Below are positions 55,662 to 64,000 of a stretch of DNA of 64,000 nucleotides, one piece after another; within the stretch, counting starts at the first letter, position 1, and each line of letters opens with the position of its first letter. The DNA lies in the NCBI GenBank assembly GCA_951406725.2, contig OX597832.1, forward strand, positions 64,728,001 to 64,792,000, written 5' to 3'. The notes under the pieces were generated by a model. It saw only the letters and a program-made list of their open reading frames with translations. It had not been told where the DNA came from and did no database searches. This DNA is from Octopus vulgaris. Lineage: Eukaryota. A program made the translations under genes and the position numbers.

Positions 55662-56527
55662 CTACAACATTTAAATGACTGACTTATGCCGATGAGTGTT
55701 TCAGGTTTTTCCTTGTATCCGTTTCTCCTCCTTAGAATGTCATCTAATAAAACCATACAGATAAATCTTCGCTCTAACATAGACGACCGACCAAAATCCT
55801 ATCGTATATCAAGGCTCTCAGACCCCTGTCAGCTCCATTGTTTCGATTGGAAGAGAATAGACCTACATTTTTTATATCTTCAATTGGAAAAATGATATTT
55901 CTCTCAAGAATCATAACTGGTTGTTGATTTTCCCATCCAGCCATCCGCACAAACACTTGCATACATAGACACGCATGTATGTGTACGTACATACAGCTGT
56001 GTATCTGCGTGCGATTATGTGAATATATTTCTACGCTTTCCTCATACATTCTTTTCTAAAACTTTTTATGTAGATTAAAATATAAACATATCAATTCATA
56101 CGATAGACACATTTACATACATGTAGCAAACACAACGATATATATTATACATAAATACATAATGATGTGTATATGTGTGTTTTCCATATACATAATTCCA
56201 CGCAAACGTATTTACACTTAACATACACGCACACACTTTCTCTGTATAATATGTATGTATGTATGCATGTATGCATGTATGTAAAGCAGACATACACACT
56301 TCAGACACCCAGTTATATTCTCCCTCGCTGTATCATTCTTCATATTTTGAATATTACAAGGGGAATGGTTTAGAAATTGATATTTATCGCAATGGCTCCA
56401 CAAAACCTCATCATAGACAGACACTAGAATGTCTCCTTTTTTAACGTTACGCACATGTATACATTCACGCACACATGCACACACACACATGTATATATAC
56501 ACGCATCTTTATAAATATAAATATGTA

Positions 56528-56558
<31 letters not shown>

Positions 56559-56801
56559 TTCTGCATATGTAAACATATGTACATAGGCATAAATATACTC
56601 TATATGCATATACATTCAGAAATAGGAATATATATATATATATATATATATGTCTTGTGTATTGAGCTCTCGTTAAATAAGATAATCCAGACATAAAACA
56701 CATATATGTAAGATTTTGTCTCGCCAGTGCTCTCCCGCTCTCTTTCCCTCCCTCCCTCCCCCTCTTTCTCACGTATATTCAGCTATTTCATGATGCATAT
56801 C

Positions 56802-56872
<71 letters not shown>

Positions 56873-56896
56873 GTATAGATACGTATATACATATAC

Positions 56897-57038
<142 letters not shown>

Positions 57039-59149
57039 ATACAGGGGTGAAGAAACTAGAATGATATACGATTAATATATTTCTAGTTTACAAGATTTGT
57101 TAGAGTCACTCTATTGTCTTAGCAATGAATGGTTGCAGCGTATTATATATATTACTCAATGTGGAATGGGATGTCTGGAATATGTAGGCAGGTTATTCAC
57201 AGACGTCCTGGGGCTAAGCTAAAACAAAGAAATTGCGGAGCCAACGATGATGCTTCTTTACAATCGTTCTTTTTAGTTAAAATAACAGCCAAGCTTTATT
57301 TCCTATCCAACCAATTTCTCATTAAAGCCTTCCTTTATTCCAGTCTAAAGAAAAGTTACGGAATCAAGATGTATGCCCTGTATCAATAATGAGCAAATAG
57401 TGGCCCTCGGGACTTTCAGAATGGCATGTCTGACGAAAAATATTTGTGTTTTAGTAGTGTGGCTTAACAGCTGGCGACATATGCCTACTGCGGTCCGCTT
57501 TTAGAAAGAGTTTACGTATAACTACTCTAAACAGCGGTTCCTTTTGCGAAAAATTATAGCCAAACTTTGTTTAACAATCTTTTAAATAAATCCATCTTTT
57601 CTTTCTCTTTCTTTTTTTCCGTTCTTCTAGAAATTGGTTTTGGCTATTAGCAATTATTTAACTTTTCATCAAATTACGACTGCTACGGCAGGTATTGATT
57701 TGGCACCACACACACACACACACACATACACACCCTTCTCTCTCTATATATATATAGATAGATATACACACACACGTATACATACATACATGCATACATA
57801 CATACATACATACATACATACATACATACATACATACTGTTATTTGCTCATACATACTCTTATACACCTATGCGGTAAGCAGGCCAATTTTCCGTGAAGC
57901 ATGCACTAACATTGTTTGTAAATCTACGTTATCGATTTTCTTCTTTTTCTTAAGCGTATATCTCACTTCGACCGTGAAATTTCTACAACTCAGGCTGATT
58001 GCATTTCAATTTGGAACGCTCGCAAAAGAACATTATTGATTTCATTTCCAGATACTAGCCTCTACCTTCGCATTTGTTGGTGAAAATAGAAACGTTGTTT
58101 ATTTGATATCATATGTTGATAAGATTGCCAAGATTATTACGGACGTGACTTTATAGGATTGACGACAAGTAGGAATCGAACTAAAATATAGAAATATGTA
58201 GTATATCTTTCGTCAGGAAGTGAATTCTATGGGCGCTGGTTTTAGTATTTGTTTTACGGAATTGTAACATGTTCCTTCCTACTTTATCCTTCGAGTCCTG
58301 ATGGCATCGTTTCAGTAGCGTCGTGAAATACATGTGTTAAACATTTAAATAATTTAAGACGAGCATAACTCATCCCAGTGCCGACCTCAGTCGATTTCGT
58401 CTGCTGAGAGAGAAAGAGGAGAGAGAGAGGGAGAGAGAGAGAGAAAGGGCGAGTAAAAGAGAAAGAGGAAGAGTGGAAGGGAAAGAGTGAGACAGAGAGG
58501 GTGGAGGGTAAGCGGAAGAGAGAAAGGAACTGCCAATGTATTGGGGTTTTATTTTTCGACCTGGAAACCATGAACGGCAATATTCCACACTAACCAATAA
58601 GTTTTATGTTGAATTTCTACTTTCCACTGTCTCTAAATTAAATATATTTCTAAAATTATTGTGGCTCTGTTTTGAATCCCTTTAGATGGGTCATGGGTCA
58701 AAGATCGGATGGAAAAGTATGTAAAGGGGTGTTGTCGATTCTGAAATCAATGAATAATGAACTTGAGCAGGTATTACGATTCACCTGGACAATGGACAGA
58801 GATACAAATTATAAAATTCTACTCAGTTTCCGTTCATAAAATTCCACTAAACGAAGCATTGCTTAACCCACGGGAGTAGCAAAATGTACTTGCTCGGAAT
58901 ATGATGCAGTGAGACCGATCATAGGACAGAAGGGTTAGGAAACATAGGAACCAACCATGCATCCTCAGCCGTTTGTGGGTTGGGGTGGGGAGAGAAAGTG
59001 AGTGAAAGAAAGAGACAGACTGACAGACAGACAGAAAGAAAGATACTTCCATGTGCCAAAGATACAACTTTTCTTTCAATCATTCAAAAATACACCACTA
59101 ATGATAATGACGTTGAAAGCCGGATGAAAATATAGGACAATATTACAAG

Positions 59150-59181
<32 letters not shown>

Positions 59182-59465
59182 TAGTAGTGCTTTGCAAGTG
59201 AATAACAGCTTCATTATTGAACAGAATTGTCTGAAGGGAAGTGTGTGCGTAAATTATGACGTCCTGCTGTTTCAGCAATTTGGCGTTTTACCTGGAAGTT
59301 CTTCAGATGTCTATTAGACAGTAGTTAGGTTTACATATATATTTGTGCCATAGATTGCTTTATTTTATATCACATAGAAGTTCCAACTAAACCGCTTCTT
59401 CAAAGAAAGTTTTACTGCTTTCTTAAGTTTCTAATTTAGAGCCTTCCTCCCTCCCTCTGTGTGTG

Positions 59466-59507
<42 letters not shown>

Positions 59508-59537
59508 TGAAACAAGTAAAAGAGTAAAAGAGTAAAG

Positions 59538-59592
<55 letters not shown>

Positions 59593-59658
59593 GTATATAT
59601 GTGTGTGAGTATATATACTTATATACTTATATATATATAAGCTACATATGTGGGTGTG

Positions 59659-59712
<54 letters not shown>

Positions 59713-60579
59713 GTATACATTCATACAAATGTATGTGTATACACACACACACACGCACAACTCATAATACCCATATGTACTTCTAGGTAAATACACACAT
59801 GCATACAGGTAAAAAGCCTATTTTTACATACACACACACGCACAAACCTACACATGTATGTGTGTGTGTGTGTGTGTGTGTAAAACTTTTACATATCTCA
59901 AACTCTGTATCTAAAGTATTATTGATTAATCAACTCCTACCTGGAGGTTATGTACCTTTGAAGAATTGCCAATAAGAAAAGTACTACCCTATTTTCTTTT
60001 ACTAGTGGTCAAGTTCAAGTAGAGTGATACCATTGTATAAAAACTAATATTAAAGCACAACAACACATAAAACACACATACACTGACCCACGACTTCATA
60101 AGAGCTAATGTACAAACAAGAATCTATACATAAAATTTTGCTCCATCAATTTATATATATGATATTATAGTATATCGATTTGAGGTTTAGAGGTGACCAC
60201 TATTATATTAGAAAAATATAATGCGGCAACAAGTAATCCAATGATAGCATTAGAGTGAAGGAGTGCGTCAATGCACTACAGGTTTTGTGCAAACTATATA
60301 TGAAGTTCCATCTGATGGACGTCTTTCGGGCAGACATTTTGAAGTATATGGTAAAGTAGTCATGTTTAAAAGTAAACTATAAATATTTCCTCGGACGTAC
60401 TGGTTATATAAGGTTCTTCATATTATCACCTGCAAAATACACATGTATGCATGTATGTATGCCTGTATCATATTAATGTTTGTTCTTATAATTTTTTATA
60501 GTTTACATTAAAGGATTACGCTGTACATTTAGTAGAGAAAAATTATTCTTTAATGACTACAAATATCTATCTATCAACC

Positions 60580-60632
<53 letters not shown>

Positions 60633-60727
60633 GTACACGTACATGCATATATATATATACACATACATACGCACACATACATACATACTCATATACACAT
60701 ACATACTTATGTATGCATACATATAAA

Positions 60728-60939
60728 AGGTGGTTGTCCACTCCTTATGCAGAGTTTGACCACCTGCTGTACCTTAACCTTAGAACAATCATGGCATCTG
60801 ATATGGCTTTTTGAACCAGACAATCTTTTCAAAAGACGCCTACGTAGATTGCATATCCGATTTGGACCACCAAGAGCTGCAGCTAAGTTCTGATCTTTGT
60901 GGATCTTAAAATCTCTTTTGAGGCCTCAGTTAGATTTGC

Positions 60940-60940
<1 letters not shown>
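60728..60940 (-). mobile_element. LINE (probably RTE) 3' end with decayed C2H2-like zinc-finger coding
   Basis: Minus strand 'SKSN*GLKRDFKIH...CNLRRRLLKRLSGSKSHIRCH', then a short 3' UTR ending ggacaaccacc next to simple repeats. Confidence 0.5.
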
Positions 60941-61007
<67 letters not shown>

Positions 61008-61663
61008 GTGTGTGTGTGTGTGTGTTTGTGTGTGTGTGTAAGAAGAGAAGAAAAGAAAATGGAGATAAGGAAATTAATAAATGTTTATCATTAATAAACT
61101 GGTCATCTTCACTTCTTACAGCTGTTTCATCTCAATATTTTAATTACAAATTTGTGCATTAACTTTATATTTATGTATAGTTTTATTATTGAGTATAGTT
61201 TTATTAGAGAGAAAAAGACGTACCTTTATATGTTATATGTGGGCATATCAGTTCATTTCAGTCTGCTGAAATGAATTGATAAGCCCACATCTAACATCCA
61301 AAGAAATTATACTCATATCACATGAGTGTATATTTAATGTACACATAGAGTTAAGTGATTTTCATTCTCCAAAAATACTAGGTTTTTATTGAACAAGTAT
61401 TTTCTTGGATGCAAACATCCCTTCACGAGGTTAAGATATCCTCTAATTATATATATAAATTAATATTTCGCTTGTGTATTACGAAGTGTCAGTCGAGTAC
61501 AAAAAGGTAATAAGAAATTGGGACGACGAAAGAATTAACGATTATTTGATGAACTTCATAAGCGGTTTCCGATATAAGGCGCAACACACTCACAGGTCAG
61601 TGTTCAACTTACTCTGTCGTTCTCTCTCCCTCCCTCTCATTCATTAATGTGTATATATATATA

Positions 61664-61881
61664 TACTCTTTACTCTTTTACTCTTTTGCTTGTATCAGTC
61701 ATTTGACTACGGCCATGCTGGAGCACCGCCTTTAGTCGAGCAACTCGACCCCGAGACTTATTCTTTGTAAGTCCAGTACTTATTCTATCGGTCTCTTTTG
61801 CCGAACCGCTAAGTGACGGGGACGTAAACACACTAGCATCGGTTGTCAAGCAATGCTAAGGGGACAAACACAGACACACAA

Positions 61882-61926
<45 letters not shown>

Positions 61927-62092
61927 TACGACAGGCTTCCTTCAGTTTCCGTCTACCAAATCCACTCACAAGGCATTGGTCGGCCCGGGGCTATAGCAGA
62001 AGACACTTGCCCAAGATGCCACGCAGTGGGACTGAACCCGGAACCATGTGGTTGGTTAGCAAGCTACTTACCACACAGCCACTCCTACGCCT
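61664..62092 (-). mobile_element. SINE family A (CORE-like), full length, low divergence
   Basis: Head ggcgtaggagtggctgtgtggtaag (A-box), ggttcagtccc (B-box), CORE-like atcttgggcaagtgtctt, internal (TA)n, (gagtaaaa)n tail. Resembles described octopus SINEs; exact family name not verified. Confidence 0.93.
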
Positions 62093-62751
62093 ATAAATAT
62101 ATGCATATTTATGAACATATATATGTACACACATTCTATATATAACCTTTTATGAATATACGAATATATGTAAGTATTATATACATTACAGTCTATATGT
62201 ATGTGTGAGTGTGCAAGTGCGCGTGTGTGTGTAGTTTTAAGTAGATATTTGGTGCGTGCTGTTTTACTAAGGACTATTTTTATACCAAACATACTGCAGT
62301 CTATTTTGGGGTCTTGTACTGTAGATGCAGGAAACGCAAAACACCGTACCCAAATGTTGTTTTAACCGTGTAAACTCTTACCGTTAATAAAGATTATCCA
62401 AACTTATCTCAACATCATAATATTTCTCATCGCTTCATTAACACCAGCGTTCACACATCATGTCAGTTATCTCAAGGAAGTATGTCCCATAACACATCTG
62501 GCATGTAATGACCCAGTCAGAATATGTTTTCTAACTGCAATCAATGATTACAGGATGTGCCACTTTAGTTTATATACACACATCTTCCACTCATCCATCT
62601 TTCACGGTCTGGTTGTCTTTATTTGAAGTTCTGTTAAAACGGCTTGCCTGTAATTGGGCTCGTTTGTATATGTGTATCTGTGTATGTGTGTGTGTGTGCG
62701 TGTGAAATAAATATGTGTAGAATAAGAGGTAGAGTAAGGTAAGTGGAAAAT

Positions 62752-62839
<88 letters not shown>

Positions 62840-62844
62840 GTATA

Positions 62845-62879
<35 letters not shown>

Positions 62880-62943
62880 GTATATCTATATATATATATA
62901 TATATATATACATATGTATATCTATATATATATATATATATAC

Positions 62944-63021
<78 letters not shown>

Positions 63022-63022
63022 C

Positions 63023-63053
<31 letters not shown>

Positions 63054-63058
63054 GTATA

Positions 63059-63093
<35 letters not shown>

Positions 63094-63100
63094 GTATATC

Positions 63101-63157
<57 letters not shown>
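62752..63157. repeat. Long compound (TA)n with recurring catatgtatatc interruptions
   Basis: About 400 bp; interruption every 32-40 bp. Confidence 0.95.
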
Positions 63158-63265
63158 TGGCCTGCTCGTTGAGCCAGCAGGGTGACGTCATTTGAAGGCT
63201 AAAACGATGCGAAGCGCATTGTGACCAGCGATGTGTAGCAACATCTGATAGCCTGGTCAGTCAAG

Positions 63266-63270
<5 letters not shown>
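63158..63270 (+). mobile_element. Probable SINE/LINE 3' fragment between (TA)n tracts
   Basis: GC-richer 110-bp island ending ggtcagtcaaggtgat; resembles a cephalopod retroposon tail from memory only. Confidence 0.4.
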
Positions 63271-63343
<73 letters not shown>

Positions 63344-64000
63344 CATGTGTACATAGTTACACATGTATTCTCTGCCTCTCTCGTTATCCATACGTAGGTC
63401 CAAATATTATACGTACAAACATACGTCAATGGTTGATGATTCATACATTTGTTATTTGTAGTTTCTTACACGAGAATTACAAATGTAACCAGGGAAGCAA
63501 TTTCGTGAAACACAGGAAGCTTGCACCACCACCACAAAGAAAAATCAAACTATTTTTCTCATAGTTGTGTGGCTCATCCTGTGCTAACTACACATCGCTG
63601 AGGAGTTTTCAAAGAAACAAAACGCACCTGTATTTCTTACATAGCTGTGAAAATTCAAGCGCACTCTCTGAAGCTTATCTTCGCGCAAGATTGAGTTCAT
63701 CCCCTTGTGTCACGTTTGAGGAATAAATTCTAAAACTATAGAATGTCATTTTATAGCGTTTATATTTTAACGCTTATAATTAACAGATATTTTTAGCTCG
63801 CCATATTTCATGTGTTCCCTATCCATGACTGGTCAACATGATAGATCAAACTGGTTGGGCTGGATTGCCCATGCAGGGATTGGATTGCCCACTGTAAGGC
63901 AACAGCCTCAGCATATTCTTTTCACCAACCACGGTCTGATGTGTAGACTGTGAATTTGAGCTGAAGACCATACTAGCTTGATGAATCGACTCTGCCACAC

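Overview
Eukaryotic, very AT-rich, microsatellite-dense non-coding DNA. The SINE families and repeat composition point to a cephalopod, most likely Octopus (inference). No intact protein-coding, rRNA, tRNA or CRISPR feature is supported, and almost all ORFs in the track are translated microsatellites or SINEs. The window holds about 30 tRNA-derived SINE copies of three families (CORE-like, Meta/MESC-like and a third), decayed RTE LINE fragments, and a decayed Penelope-like (probably Naiad-type) RT+GIY-YIG element at 33.1-34.2 kb. It also has a fold-back mariner, mariner, Tigger, hAT and piggyBac-like MITEs, and a non-autonomous Helitron. The most notable signal is three small elements (31.7, 18.3 and 48.2 kb), each embedded in (TA)n, sharing one layout: inverted repeat plus a one-sided 67-102 nt tail. 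The 31.7-kb element has a perfect 67-bp inverted repeat encoding a complete type I hammerhead ribozyme on both strands. Decayed hammerhead-like motifs occur at 18.3, 51.3 and 17.5 kb. There are also isolated hairpins and a possible Pol II promoter/first exon near 11.8 kb. All calls were made by eye and many boundaries are approximate.
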